A stretch of 59,294 nt of DNA, filler included, from Squatina squatina (lineage: Eukaryota): NCBI GenBank assembly GCA_031763465.1. It is 3 parts of 3 records of this genome, joined end to end, with 100 filler letters (N's around TTAATTAATTAA, not from the genome) between each part and the next. Parts side by side here need not be neighbours in the genome. Positions count along the whole stretch, not along the records: positions 1 to 17,323 come from JARFOE010000234.1; 2 more parts are not named here. The stretch is one strand, 5' to 3'. Positions 1 to 13,272 of the stretch are shown here, piece after piece. The notes beneath the pieces were generated by a model. The model was not told the DNA's origin, searched no databases, and worked only from the letters and a program-made list of their open reading frames with translations. Every line of letters begins with the position of its first letter. Position 1 is the stretch's first letter. A program made the position numbers and the translations under genes.

Positions 1-3000
1 GCAGTGTGGTGCAGTATGTCAAGTCCAAAGCGCTGCCACAAGAATGATCAGATGCAGTTTTACAACTGTTAATGACCCACAAGCTCAGTCACCAATTTTA
101 GCCATAATGGTTTAGGGAGGTACACAAGACAGGGGAAAATCATTTCCAGGTCATGGTCAACCTCAGCAAAAAAATCAGAGCAAGTCATCCACTTGGCTTC
201 TCAGGCAAGAGCAGTGCGTAGTGTGAAGGGACCAAAGAGACGAAAATAACTGGGAAAAAACAGTATGAAAACTGAACCATTTATATTACCAATTATTTCT
301 TACACAATAGATGTATTTATTTTAGAAACCTGGCAGTTCTCAGCTTAGTTATTATCCATATCTTGCATATAACACATGCCATTATACACTTCTTGCAACA
401 CTTTTATGTTAAATTTCTTGCATTAGTAGGATTCTGCCAGTTGAGTAGTGAATTGACTCACAACTGGAGGGGTCGATCCCATTGATGTAAAATGGTTTTT
501 CAGTTCCTTTCCAAGTTTTTCCAAATTATTTGAAAACAGTCTGCCGAACAAATTTTCCAGTTCCAGTTTCATGTTACCAACTGTTAAATTTGATCTCAGA
601 GTGGCTGCATAGGTCAGAGACAACTAGCCACTCGGTAGAAGAAAGAGAGGGAGAAAAAAACTTCCACCCCGTTCAGGTCCCTCTCTCCTCTTTCCAGGTC
701 CATCAGAAGTCCCGGGACAAACTGCAGCAGACAATAAGGATAAGAAAATGCATCGTCACTTCCTCTCACCCTCACAAGTCCCCAGCTTGGCATCCTCAAT
801 ACTGTAGAATCAGAAACCAGATAACTTCATTATGCATCAAGGTTAAGATCATTTTAGCTTCAAAAGTATGAGTTGTTATTAATTGATTGAGAATTAACTT
901 TTGTCCATGCTCCTAAACTTGCTGCTAGGGCATACCCAGTTCGATTTCCAGTTATTTTTGGCATGCATATGCTTCATCATCTTCTGCTCCAAATCACAGA
1001 ATTGCCCCTGCTGCCCCCACTCCACGCTCCATAGTTGCACTTCTGTCCTAGAAGTAAATATTTCTAACACATGGTAATGCACAAACCTGACATCATTGAT
1101 TGTTTTGCTCATTAACAGCTTGTTAAGCAGCAGTTAATGTGAAACATGCAAATTTACTCAGGATTTACTTAATTCACACATTCCATTAAACTTTCACGGT
1201 TGGAACTGGTGTAAAAATCACAACAGGGAGCAGGCAGAGTTCCAGCAGTAGATAACTTATGAGATAAGTTCAAGATGATTTTTTTTCAGTGAGCGCAGCA
1301 GCATGGGTAAACAGCAAATTTGTATTTTGGTAGATAGGTTGTAGGTGGAGGTGCAGCAGGAACAACAGCAGACCATAATCCAGGAAGTTTGAGAGCATTG
1401 TACTACTATCCAATGCAGCCAGAGTATTCCTGACAGATGCTGCAACTGTAGCACACTCCTTGTGTGTCTGAGGGCTCCTTGCTTTCCCGTGGCAGTCTGC
1501 AGAGCAGAGGATCTTTGCTCCATGACATTGCCCAATTGGGTGATAGAATTTACAGCTCCACCCCAAATCAGCTTTCATCAACTTGTACAACAAGGCTTAT
1601 TCTCCTGTTCATGCTTATGAGACTTCCTCCATTTCCTCAGTGACCTCATGAGGTTAGCATCACAAAGGACATCAGCAGAAATGGCCTCCATATAGAACAG
1701 CTAGCCCATCTTTAACCAATCCCTTCCTCATCCATCATCAAACCTGTTTTGCCTCTTGAAATTCACCAAAGCCCTTTGAGGGAAGTTCCTGCTTCAAATG
1801 ATGTGAGTGCTGCAGAGTACAAAGTGGTTTTGTTTTCTGCCAGTATCTTCCACCAGGGTTTGTGGCTTTTCAGAAAAAAAAGGTACAGAATGGGAATTCT
1901 ATAATAATGGTCCCGCACAAACCCCTAAACAAATTTGAATTGAGTGATCTACATACAAACAAAACCATTGTCCATGCTCATTCTTCACAGCAGACTGTGG
2001 TCCAAATAGCATGACTTGGCAGTCTGGTTCTGGTTCATGATTCATGGTTCACTATTTGAGAATCCTAGCTGCACATCATGCACCAGTTTCACCTCCTTCC
2101 TGCTTTTGAAAAAGGCTGGGTTGGACATTCAACCAGTTAACTCTCTTCCCCCCTTTCTGTTTTCTTTGCTCCATCAAGGAGCTCNNNNNNNNNNNNNNNN
2201 NNNNNNNNNNNNNNNNNNNNNNNNNNNNNNNNNNNNNNNNNNNNNNNNNNNNNNNNNNNNNNNNNNNNNNNNNNNNNNNNNNNNCACCTTATCAATTTTG
2301 TGTTTAATTTTTGCTTGTTAATACTTGAACAATTATATATTAGGAAAGTATATTGGTTTTAAAGTTAAAGTGTATCGGGAGTAAGTATGTTCTGATTCTG
2401 AATTAGCGACATATTTTGGGTGGTATTAGTCTCCTCTATGTGCAACTGAGCAACATAAATGATAAGAAAAATGGGTGAGTGTAATGTAGCTATATACATC
2501 TATTCCACATTTTGCAATTGATCATTCCATGTTTTGTGACAGATGCAATCAGCTAAGTGACTAACATAGGAAGTGTTTACAGAGGTGTGAGCTAGTAGCA
2601 CAGGGCTGAGGAAGATGGTGTAATGAATTGCATACACAACATATTTGAGTTGTTTAAAGCAAAAGTGTGTCATGTGACATTTACTAAATTCACTAAATAA
2701 GGCGAACCATTTGTCCTAATCTGCAGTACATTTGTATTAAAGTTGCTTTGTTTCATTTGAACTCAGTTACTGCTATATTTTCAGGCTGCATTGTGACTGT
2801 AATACTGAGTTGTTGGGACCATTCGCTGCCAGGGCTGTGGATCGAAAAGTACTTAGTAACAGATGCAAAAGCAGACGATTGATTCTCAAAAAGCCTCTGT
2901 TCCAACCCGAAGAGTAACAGCATCTAATGTACTGTGGTTGATAGAACACTGTATCATTCAATATTAATCACACCACAAGGCTTTTTACTACATGCATATT

Positions 3001-5024
3001 AACCCAAATTAAGAACTCTANNNNNNNNNNNNNNNNNNNNNNNNNNNNNNNNNNNNNNNNNNNNNNNNNNNNNNNNNNNNNNNNNNNNNNNNNNNNNNNN
3101 NNNNNNNNNNNNNNNNNNNNNNNNNNNNNNNNNNNNNNNNNNNNNNNNNNNNNNNNNNNNNNNNNNNATCCGAGTGTCCACGATGCATCAAAGCACAAAT
3201 GAATCATTTTAGATGCTATGTTGGCATGGGCAAAAAAAATGCTTCTAAATCCTGCTGCATTTATGACTGTGTAAGGATCAAATTTAAGATGTAGAAATAG
3301 CTTGCAGCTCTCAGGCTCTTGTCAAGATTTTGCTTATATCAGGATTACACAAGCTATATATTATCAAAAAACAATAGTGAAACATACTGAGTTTTTCAAC
3401 AGAACAAAGAACAATTTCTACTTCATTGCCAACATAATCATTTCAGCCTTGCACACTTTGCAATGAATAATACATAAGCATTCAAGCTCCACTTCTTCCC
3501 AAAAGGAAGTGCCTTTTCTCAGCAGTGTCACAGGATATGAGTGACTAATTCATTATTTAAACATGTCAGTGGTTGCAGTTCTTAAAACCTTTGATTTCCT
3601 TTACACTTCTTGAACTGTGCAATAATACATGTACTCATTTTAAGCTATGAACTTCACAACTTATCACACTTTTTACGTGAAGTGATTCTTTTTCACTATT
3701 GTGGTAACAACTAAGTGCGGCATATACTGTTTCATAAGCTTCATGTATTGATTTCTTTGTCTGCATTGGATGATTACCTATATAACTGTTTCAATCAATA
3801 AGTCTGGTTGTATAATCAAGCCATCTTAGCCACACTAGCTAGCTACCCCGGATGTCTTAGTTAAATTAAGCTAATGATTTAACAGTGCTGACATTTTGTC
3901 AAATTATGGCATATACTGGTAATTGGTACTCACTTAGTTAACAGTGCATTTTGGATGAAACTGGATAGTATAATAATGTATAAAAGTATCCAGCAAAATG
4001 GTTACTGTTCCTTCTATCTTGCACGATAAATAGGAGCTGGTAGCAATCATACAAAGGATGTAGTACTGGAAGTTTTTATATAGACCTCACTGATTGGGAT
4101 AAATACTTGGTAACTAGGAACAGCCAGGTTTTGCAGCTTGGGTCGATTCGCTTTGATGTGCCCTTTGAAGCTGTGTGAAGATTTCTGTATTGTGGCCAAA
4201 AAATAAGCAAAGGATAGTTCTTTTGTGAAATGAATACTTTATTGGATTTTTGAAATTTTGTGTTATATCAAATAGTACTTAATAACATAAAGTTCTATAC
4301 GATATTATCATTCCGTTTTATAATGCAGTGCTTTATATTTTAGTTTTGTTTCAAAATGCACTGTGCGTAGCATGCTTCAAAGGGAAATTCAGGAGAGGAA
4401 GTGTTAAAGATCAGACAATGGTGCTTTACTCCTACACTGTTGTAATCAGACCGGACACTGCAGAACTGTTTTCGATCGTGACAGTAACACTGTACTCAAT
4501 TCAACACTTCAGACATTGATCCCAACCTGGACACATTCTANNNNNNNNNNNNNNNNNNNNNNNNNNNNNNNNNNTAATCCCATCTGTATCCAGGCAAAGG
4601 AAAGGAAAGAGAGAGAGAGATTATTTTAAAGGCACAGGACATCAGGGAGTATACTAGTAAAGAGCTACATGCTTGATAGAGAGCATGGAAGTCAATTTCT
4701 CAATGTCAGTCATTTAAGGCATTTTTTTTTTGCAGTTTTTTGTGCAATCTGCTCAACTGTTCCTATGTGTGATTATAGCACTTTTTGATCAGCATCATTG
4801 TGACTCCTAGGTGGTGGTTAAACCCTGAAATCAGAGCACAGTTGCTGTAACCACATTTTAGCAGTTTAACGAGCAGGAAATAAGCGTCTTGATTACTCTT
4901 ATAAACTAGGCGGGTGATAATCAGAAAATTGCAATGTAATGGCACAGAAAACACAGAAGGCATGTTTTACTAAGTTAGAGGTGGTCTTATTCTTAAGGTG
5001 GTCCTATCCAGGAGGACAACAGCT

Positions 5025-6238
5025 TAGGAACATAGGAACAGGAGTAGGCCAGTCAGCCCCTCAAGCCTGCTCCACCATTCAATGAGATCATGGCTGATCT
5101 GTATCCCAACTACATCCATCCGCCTTTACTCCATATCCCTTAATATCCTCAGATTTAAAATTATTAATTGAGCTAGCATCTGCTGCTATTGGTAAGAGAG
5201 AGTTCCACACTTGTATCACCCTGAAGAAGTGTTTCTTAACTTCTCCCCAGAATGGCTTGCCTCTGATTTAAGGTGATGTCCCCTTGTTCTAGAATTCCCC
5301 CACCAGCAGAAAAAGTTTCTCTCCATCCACTCTATCAATTCCTTTCAATGTCCTAAAACCTCAATATTGCAGGGAATATAAGCCTAGTTAATGTAATCTC
5401 TTCTCATAATTTAACCCTTGGAACCTAGGTAGCAATCTCATACATCTGCGCTGTACTCCTTCTAAGGCCAATATACCCTTTGTAAGGTGCAGTGCCCAGA
5501 ACTGAATAGAGTACTCCAGATGTGGTCTAACTGTAACAAAGCTTCCTCTCCTTTATATTCCAACCCTCTAGTTATAAAGGCTAACATTTCAAGGCTTTTT
5601 GATGATTTTTTTGTATCTGACTATTACATTTTAGTGATCTATGTACATGGACCTCTAAATCTCTTTGGACCCCCACTGTTCCTAGGTTTTCGCCATTAGA
5701 AATAATACTTCAATCTATCCTTTTTTGGTCCAAAATGGATGACCTCAGATTTACCTGCATTGAAATCCATCTATCACAGTTTTGCCCACTCATTTAATCT
5801 ATCAGTGCCTCTGTAATGTTATGCTCCCATCTACACTCGCTATACCACCAATCTTTGTGTCATCAGCAAACTTGGATATCTGGCTCTCTATTGTGTTGTC
5901 TAAGTCATTAATAAATGTAGTGAATAGTTGAGGCCTGAGCACAGATCCTCGTGGGACACCACTAGTCACTTCCTTTCAATTCAGGTACATACCCATTATC
6001 CCTACACTCTGTCTTCTACCACTTAACCAATCTCCTATAATATAATTTGCTTTCAATTCCATGAGATTTAATTCTAACTAACAGTCTCTTACATGGAACC
6101 TTATCAAATGCTTTTGGAAGTCCATATAAACTACATCCATAGACTTTCCCACTACAGACATTCAACTATTTTAGTTACTTACTTAAAAAATTCAATGAGG
6201 TTCGATAGACATGACCTACCCTTTACAAATCCATGTTG
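5025..6238 (-). mobile_element. CR1-clade LINE, 3' part (decayed RT plus 3' UTR/tail)
   Basis: The minus-strand peptide QHGFVKGRSCLSNLIEFF (6179-6238) is a CR1 RT motif. The element ends in a short-repeat tail (+ strand aggaacataggaacaggagtaggcc...gatcatggctgatc) shared with copies at 26662, 47585 and 58306. Confidence 0.92.
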
Positions 6239-6338
6239 NNNNNNNNNNNNNNNNNNNNNNNNNNNNNNNNNNNNNNNNNNNNNNNNNNNNNNNNNNNNNN
6301 NNNNNNNNNNNNNNNNNNNNNNNNNNNNNNNNNNNNNN

Positions 6339-6806
6339 CTCCTGACGACATCCCTGTTTGTGCTCTCCTGTGTCATGTGCAACTAGGCTGCATTGGTGTC
6401 CTGGGGAGGTCTCTTCTGCCCATTGGAAGGGAAGAGAACCTCCCTGCGGACTGTGACTCAATGCGTAAGCATATGGACGGAGTCATTGGAGAGGCTGGGT
6501 CAGCCGTGCACCTCTGCGCAGGGTTTGTCATTGTTTGAAGCCCCTCAATGCTGCAGAACACTGACAGCACAACTGTCAAAATCAATGTGGACACGGTCCC
6601 TTTTAGGAAACTGGCTGATAAGGCGTCATCAAATGACATCATCAGACCCGCTTCCTTTTAATTGGCCGGGAACCTCGCAGGGCGGGCTTAACAAGCCCCT
6701 GCAACGGAAGATTCTTCTCAGAGCATGATGGAGCTGGGAGCGGGGTCGCAAACCGCCACCTGCCTCAGCTGCACTGAGCCCGCCTCAGTAGGCAAAATTG
6801 TGGCCA
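6339..6806 (-). mobile_element. PIF/Harbinger element end with decayed Myb/SANT-like DNA-binding ORF
   Basis: A frameshifted minus-strand reading gives SNDSVHMLTH*VTVRREVLFPSNGQKRPPQDTNAA*LHMTQESTNRDVVR, similar to the ORF at 43245-43454. The GC-rich end reads GGCCACAATTTTGCC near 6806. Confidence 0.65.
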
Positions 6807-9124
6807 TTAACAAATAGGTAAAATGCAATACTATGGTGGAAGGGATTACACTTGCTGATTATCAGAATTGAAGGTCTAGTAAGAAAGTAGTCACAGTCTC
6901 TGTTATAAAATGTGTTACCCCTAGAAATATGGAAATATTTTCATGACTGATGACTGGTCTAACTGGAATTCCATTCAAAAGTATATGCGTTTCCTTTTCA
7001 AAATCAATACTAATGTAACTTTTGTTTCACCAGGTATACTTTGTCTCATGGAATTTGGTCCATGTCATATTCTGATTGTCTATTAACCTACATGCATCAC
7101 TGCATAAAAGCAGGCATACAGAAAACAAAATCAATGAGATGCCACTAAATTTTTGTGGAAATGCATCTCTAGCCACCTAAGAATAAAGGTATTATCCTGT
7201 GAATATGGCGCTATGCCATACTCTATTGCCTATGCTTCACTCCCAGTATCCTATTCCTAACTTTCCCTGACAAGTTCAGGGTTCTCCTTATGCAAGAGGT
7301 TTCTGGAATTAAAATGTGGATGTTGGCAGCTATGCAATAGGTATCCATCTAGTTTCGTAACACATCCAAAAAGTAACTGTAATTATTAAAAACACATGCG
7401 CACAAAGTTAAACTATCAAATGATTCATTGTATACATTTGACGCCAGTTAATGGGAATGTGGTTAATGAGGGCATTCTGTTACAGAGGAATAATTTTAAG
7501 GCACCAGCAGATTGTTAAAATGCAACTCTTTTGCTTAACGGGGACAATCTGATCAACAGGACAATCTGATTTCCATTTGGGTACACCAGGTTTTTTTTAA
7601 CAGGGTTCAATAATNNNNNNNNNNNNNNNNNNNNNNNNNNNNNNNNNNNNNNNNNNNNNNNNNNNNNNNNNNNNNNNNNNNNNNNNNNNNNNNNNNNNNN
7701 NNNNNNNNNNNNNNAATTGTTATCCATGCTTGGATATCATTATTTTCCTAAATGTTTCGAGATCTAGGTTAATATTATTAGCCATCCTGCTTGTTCCAGT
7801 GATGTCCTACAGTACCTTGAAAACTATATGTTCAAGTATGCATTTAATTTGTTCTGAGCCTTTTTGTTGAGGCTTGTAGATCTGTCTAGAGATTAACTGG
7901 TGCCGAAAAAGCTTGAGGCCACTTACACCTTTTGTGATGTACCATCTGTTATTGCGGCCTGTTACAGGGAAACAATATATTACTTTACAGGAGTGCCCAC
8001 GTGATGCCCTTTACCACCGATTCCTACCCACTATTGCAAATGTCAGGCTACTGGAAACAGTATGATTATTAACAAAGACACTGGCTTCAATTGCAAACCC
8101 GCTGAATAGACTGAAGTTACTGTTTTTATAGTTAAACTCATGGAAAGAGGCCGTGTGTTTTGCATAAAACAGTGACTATCACTAGAGATAAATGAGACTT
8201 AACAGATCTGGTTCTGTGACATTGTCATCTCGATTACTATTTCTTGTAAGTCATAGTGCTTACAATAACACATTCAGTGTTATTCAGTGTGCTTTTACAC
8301 AGGAAGGAAGGCTGCAACGTCATTTTTTTCAAAGTATAAGCCGTGCTCACAGGGAGTGCAGGTCAGGATATTGCAGACCTAGTGCTCATGATTTTTCATG
8401 CTTTAAAACTAATAGACAGGAACCTTGGGCTCATGCATGTAATTTTCTGACTTTGCTCCCTGCGAGACAAATCACCCCCAATATTCCAAATATGTGCATC
8501 TCATTGGACATAATTAATTATTCTTGAGATACATCCCAGTGTTTCCTTGTTGACAACATGCTGACAGAAGACTTTCAGTAACAGTCAATAATCTCACTCA
8601 GACCTTTTCTTTCCACTTGTCAATGCACATTCATACATTGTACACACATTTTATCTTTCCTCTATCAATTCACATTACCTCACTTTTTTTCCACAATCAT
8701 TTTCATCATCTATCTGAGAGATCTGTTGAATTTTTCCAGCTCCCTCTGAATGCTATAAATCTTCCCTGCACTGGGCTCGGGGCCATTTTAGCTTGGTGTC
8801 ATAAGCAGTTTTTGTAATATTTCTGGAGGTGTTCGTTTCCATACTATTCACAAGTCAGGTAAACAGCAGAGACCCAGAACGAATCCCCATAGGATGGAAC
8901 TGGAACTTATTCACTTAATTCATTTAACACATCTGCTATTTTCTGGTTCCCCCATGATTCTTCTACCCAATAATCCTATATGGTCTTCAAGACTCAAATT
9001 AATTTCCAGCGAAGTAACATCCTTATGATCCTGTCAAGACAGCCATTTTAAATAACAGGCTGAGCAAAGTGCAGCCTGAATCCAAGGTACTCGCAAACAC
9101 CCCAACAGACACAGTGGGCTCGGT

Positions 9125-9250
9125 ACAAATGCAAAATACTGCGGATGCTGGAAATCTGAAATAAAAACAGAAAATGCTGGAAATACTCAGGTCAGGCAGC
9201 GTCTGTGGAGAGAAAAACAGAGTTTCAGGTCGATGACCTTTCGTCAGAGT
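9125..9250 (-). mobile_element. Penelope-like element terminal fragment
   Basis: Near-identical to 40735-40860 (gcaaaatactgc.gatg.tggaaatc.gaa.taaaaacagaaaatgctggaaa.actcag...tttcaggtcgatgacctttc.tcag) and carries a hammerhead core. Confidence 0.75.
9222..9247 (-). ncRNA. Minimal hammerhead ribozyme core, probably inactive (cleavage-site segment deleted)
   Basis: The minus strand reads CUGACGA-A-AGGUC-AUC-GACCU-GAAAC, i.e. CUGANGA, a 5-bp stem II and GAAA. The GUUAA segment seen in the 40.8-kb copy is missing. Confidence 0.7.
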
Positions 9251-9922
9251 GCTCAATGTTGTGTCTGTCACTCTAGCTTATCTGCAAGGAGGATCAGCTA
9301 TGTTAGAAGTGTATTACAGCAACTGTATAAGCAGCAATTTCTGTTGATCAATATGGTGATTCAATATGATGCAAATCTGAGGTACTGTAACTAATAGATA
9401 ATGACTATAGTGTCTAAACAGAAATCCCATACACGCAGAAAATTTGTAATTTGAATTGAAACCAAATTAGCAGCTGAGTTGAATCAAAACACTTCACATA
9501 TGCTTTGCAAAGTAGCGCAGATGGGCCTAAGTCCAAATGTAAAATGAATGTTTCCAGATCCTGATTTTAAATTAATTTGAAACAAAAGTTTTCCACAGTG
9601 GAGCTCGTTTACATAACCCTTGATGCTCTGTGCCTGATGCTTTGTGTAATAACATCCAATCCCATGATGAAGCAGCTGTATAAACCATTACGTAGACTGC
9701 AAGTACATGCAAGTTCGCTTCTCTGAATTTAACCCTGTTGTCTGTATAAATGGTACTGACCTAATTCTAACATCAGTATTAACTATTTAGCTGCTGACTA
9801 GTTAAGGATTTACTAATTCTACAAACTTGTTCTCTTTAAAATTTTGTTTTCAAGTTTTAATATTCTAAATACCTGTTTTTCAAGAGTTGCAAGCCTTCAG
9901 GCTGGGCTGGTGGCACCACCCC

Positions 9923-10370
9923 ACATAGAATCATAGAATAGTACAGCACGGAACCCATCGAATCTGTGCTGGCTCTTTTGAAGAGCAGTCCAGTTAGTCC
10001 CACTTCCTCGCTCTTTCCCCCTAGCCCGACAAATTTTTCTCCTTCAAGTATTTATCCAATTCCATTTTGAAAGCCACTATTGAATCTGTGTCCACCGTCC
10101 TCTCAGGCAGTGCATTCCGAATCCTAACCACTCGTTGCGTAAAAAACTTTTTCCTCATGTCGCCTCTGGTTATTTTGCCAAACCACCTTGGATCTATGCC
10201 CTCTCATTATTGACCCTTCAGCCATTGGAAACAGTTTCTCTTTATTTACTCTATCGAAATCCTATGATTTTAAGCACCTCTGTCAAATCTCTTCTTGGCT
10301 TCTCTGCTCCAAGGAGAATCACCGCAACTTCTCCAGTCTACGCAACTGTAATCCCTCATCCCCGGAACCG
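9923..10370 (-). mobile_element. CR1 LINE 3' end (second subfamily)
   Basis: The tail catagaatcatagaat reads (ATTCTATG)n on the minus strand, the canonical CR1 terminal repeat. The reverse complement of the ORF2 C-terminus follows (ctctcaggcagtgcattcc...aaaaaactttttcctcatgtcgcctctgg). Confidence 0.85.
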
Positions 10371-10702
10371 TTACAGTTTTGATGTTACCAACACTTGCCC
10401 AGGGTGAGAGCACAATTGACCAATTCTGTCCGACAACACAACATAGAAGCTGAAGGTTATTTTACGAGTAAGCAGTGAAATATATGGTAAGACCACAATG
10501 TCACTTCATTGCATTAGGGGGCAGTGTTGCCTTTAGTTCAAGTTGCATGTTTTGTTTAGTATTATAAGTAAGGTCATTTTTATGGAGCAACTGCTGTTTT
10601 TTTTCCTGAAGCACTAGAGGTTGGGATTTGTGTTCTATATGACTGCTTTGAATTTCTACTTGTTAATATTGAATCACTGAAGCTTTGTTGACACTGTAAA
10701 CA

Positions 10703-10823
10703 GCCACTCCGTCCACCATGGCTGCAGTGTGTGCCATCTACAGGATGCACTGCGGCAACTCACCACAGCTTCAATAGCATCTTCCAAACCCGCGACCTCT
10801 ACCACCGAGGAAGACAAGACAGC
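10703..10823 (+). mobile_element. LINE (CR1/L2 group) ORF2 C-terminal fragment
   Basis: Decayed reading AVCAIYRMHCGNS...HLPNPRPLPPRKTR, resembling a recurrent fish/shark LINE C-terminus (from recall). Runs into a gap. Confidence 0.5.
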
Positions 10824-11427
10824 NNNNNNNNNNNNNNNNNNNNNNNNNNNNNNNNNNNNNNNNNNNNNNNNNNNNNNNNNNNNNNNNNNNNNNNNNNNNN
10901 NNNNNNNNNNNNNNNNNNNNNNNGAAAACGTGGCGCTACATGGTGCCTCTGCAACTGGCTGCTAAGAGAGCATACTGAGATTACTCAATTTCCATGTAAT
11001 CATTGGCAAGTGGGGAAAACATCTGGCTCAGGGGTGGCCAACCTTTGAAAGCTTAAGGTTCAAAAACATTAATTGTGTAGTGACAAAGAGCCAGAAAGTT
11101 TAAATATAACTAACTGATCTCCTGCCCCAGTTAGTCTAGGGTCTAGAGGTCAGTTGAAATAGTTAGCTGGAAGCCTGTTCTATGATGCCTTTAAGGCAAT
11201 TGCTTAGGTACTCCCTGTGGGGACATGCTCTAAATTGGCCCTGAGATTAATTAGATGCTTATTATTGTTGTTGTTACTGAAAGTTTATCTGGATTGGCAG
11301 CTATTTAGTTTTCTCAAATACTCCTCTAGATTATCTCAAGGTCAGAGAGTACAGCAAGAATTAACTGAGTTTCTTTCTGTTGTTGTGCACTGTTTTAAAG
11401 ATTGTTCAGTCATGACTTGGGGGGGAA

Positions 11428-12213
11428 GGGGCGAAATTGCCCCACACCTACTGGGGCCGGGACATTTAGTGTCCGCTGTGAAAGTCCTGCCTCCAATGCG
11501 GAATTGCCCTTAACTCTTCGGAAAGGAAGCGGAGCACTGTCTCCGGAGCTCCGCTTCCTTTGATGGCGGTAACGAGGCGCTGCTGGGGCCCATTGTGCAG
11601 CGCTACGTGGTTGCTCTGCGTAGCGCTAATGTGCTACAACGAACCTCCCCTTGAATGAAAGGAGAGGGCCGCTGTGCACTCTATACGGCTTCTTATGGCT
11701 GTCACTGGGTCATCAGGGGACTGTGCAGCCTGGCCTGCAGCCTGACACCCCAGTTGGCATGCCGGGTTGCACAATGACAGCCCGGAACACACTAGGGCCG
11801 CCACTGGTCGGTCGACCCAAGAGTCGGCTGACAAAAAGGATGGTGACCCAGGGAGCTGACACCCTCCCTGTCAGGGAGTGTCCCGGAAGCTGATGTCCGG
11901 CAGATTTGCGACCCTCGAAGATGGCGTTGCCATTGGCTCACGCTGGGCTCGCATCCCACAGGGCAATTTCCCCCGTGGGGCGTCAAGTGGTCGCTGTGCA
12001 CGGCGATGATATCATTGCTGGTCGTGCAGCAGCCTGTGGCGCTAACCGTGGGGTGCGGCACTCTTGTGCCAGTGCCTCCGCAACCTCCTGGGCAATTTCC
12101 CGGGAGGCGGTAGTGCCCCCGCCCCCCCCACTCCTGGGCAAAAAGTAATTTATGCCCCATTAGTGCCCCTCGGAGGAGCTATCAGGGCTATAAAATTGGG
12201 GCAATTTTGCCCC
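11428..12213. mobile_element. GC-rich non-autonomous DNA transposon (MITE, Harbinger-like TIRs)
   Basis: The left end GGGGCGAAATTGCCCC (11428-11443) and right end GGGGCAATTTTGCCCC (12198-12213) form a 15/16 inverted repeat. The interior is much more GC/CpG-rich than the flanks and has no transposase. Confidence 0.8.
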
Positions 12214-12269
12214 CCGGACATTTTAGTTAAGTGAAGCCTGGAGTGTGATGGATACTCTGAAAACGTTTA

Positions 12270-12585
12270 TATAAATCAATATACCCATATTAAAGAATTA
12301 ATACATAATTTACAACAAACATATATTCCTTTAAGGCACAAAAACCCAACAGGAAAAGTGGTCCAACTGTGGCTAACAAGAGAAGTTAAAGATAGTATTA
12401 NNNNNNNNNNGCCAAAAAGAGCAGTAAGTCTGAAGATTGGGAAAATTTTAGATTTCAGCAAAGGAGGACCAAGAAATTGATAAAGAAAGGGAAAATAGAA
12501 TGAGAGTAAACTAGCAAGAGAGATAAAAACAGACTGTAAAAGCTTCTACAGGTATGTAAAAAGGAAAAGATTAGCAAAAGTAAAC
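12270..12585 (+). mobile_element. CR1 ORF2 internal fragment (EN-RT linker)
   Basis: Reads IHNLQQTYIPLRHKNPTGKVVQLWLTREVKDSI...SKLAREIKTDCKSFYRYVKRKRLAKVN. Confidence 0.8.
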
Positions 12586-12954
12586 TTGAATTATGCCCCT
12601 ACTTCAGTAACACTATTAAGCTTCCTTTCTGATGCAGAGGCCAGTGTTTGTACTTGTGTCTATGTGGCAATAGTGCTTTCAGTTTGCCTTTTTGCTTGGA
12701 TGAGTGTGTGGACAGTTGGGGTGCCCAATTGGCACTCCGGCGCTAGCGCTAAATCGGGTGTAGAATGGGCGTTAGGGGTCTAACGCCTGATTTTGGCGCT
12801 AAATTAAAATTTGCGAAATTGNNNNNNNNNNNNNNNNNNNNNNNNNNNNNNNNNNNNNNNNNNNNNNNNNNNNNNNNNNNNNNNNNNNNNNNNNNNNNNN
12901 NNNNNNNNNNNNNNNNNNNNNTACTTCTGTGCAGTACTTGGGCATGCTAAATTA

Positions 12955-13272
12955 GCAGAGGTGTCATTCTTTGGATGAAATGTTAAACTGAGGTCCCACC
13001 TTCCTGTTTAGGTAAATGTTCAAAATCCCAAGGAATTATTTGAAAAGCAGGGAGCTCATCTGGTCCTGGCCAACATTCTTTCCTTAACCAACAGCACCAA
13101 AAATAGATTAACTGGGCAGTTATCTCATTACCATTTATGATTCTATCACCATAAATGGTTGCTGCATTCACCTTTATAGCAACAATAAATGCATTTCAAA
13201 GAAATGTGTTTGTAGAGCACTTTGGCATGCCATGGGAGATACAGTAAGGCACGATATATATGCAAATTCTTA
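12955..13272 (+). mobile_element. Decayed DeuSINE (SacSINE1/AmnSINE1-like)
   Basis: Contains ggtcctggccaacattctttccttaaccaacagcaccaaaaatagattaactgg and an L2-type tail (gcactttgg...gatatatatgcaa). Confidence 0.6.

Noticed and set aside
423-1700. Short minus-strand ORFs, one with STPPVVSQFTT reminiscent of the Harbinger accessory exon
   Set aside because: Too degenerate to assign. It may be an old transposon relic, but no diagnostic motif is present.
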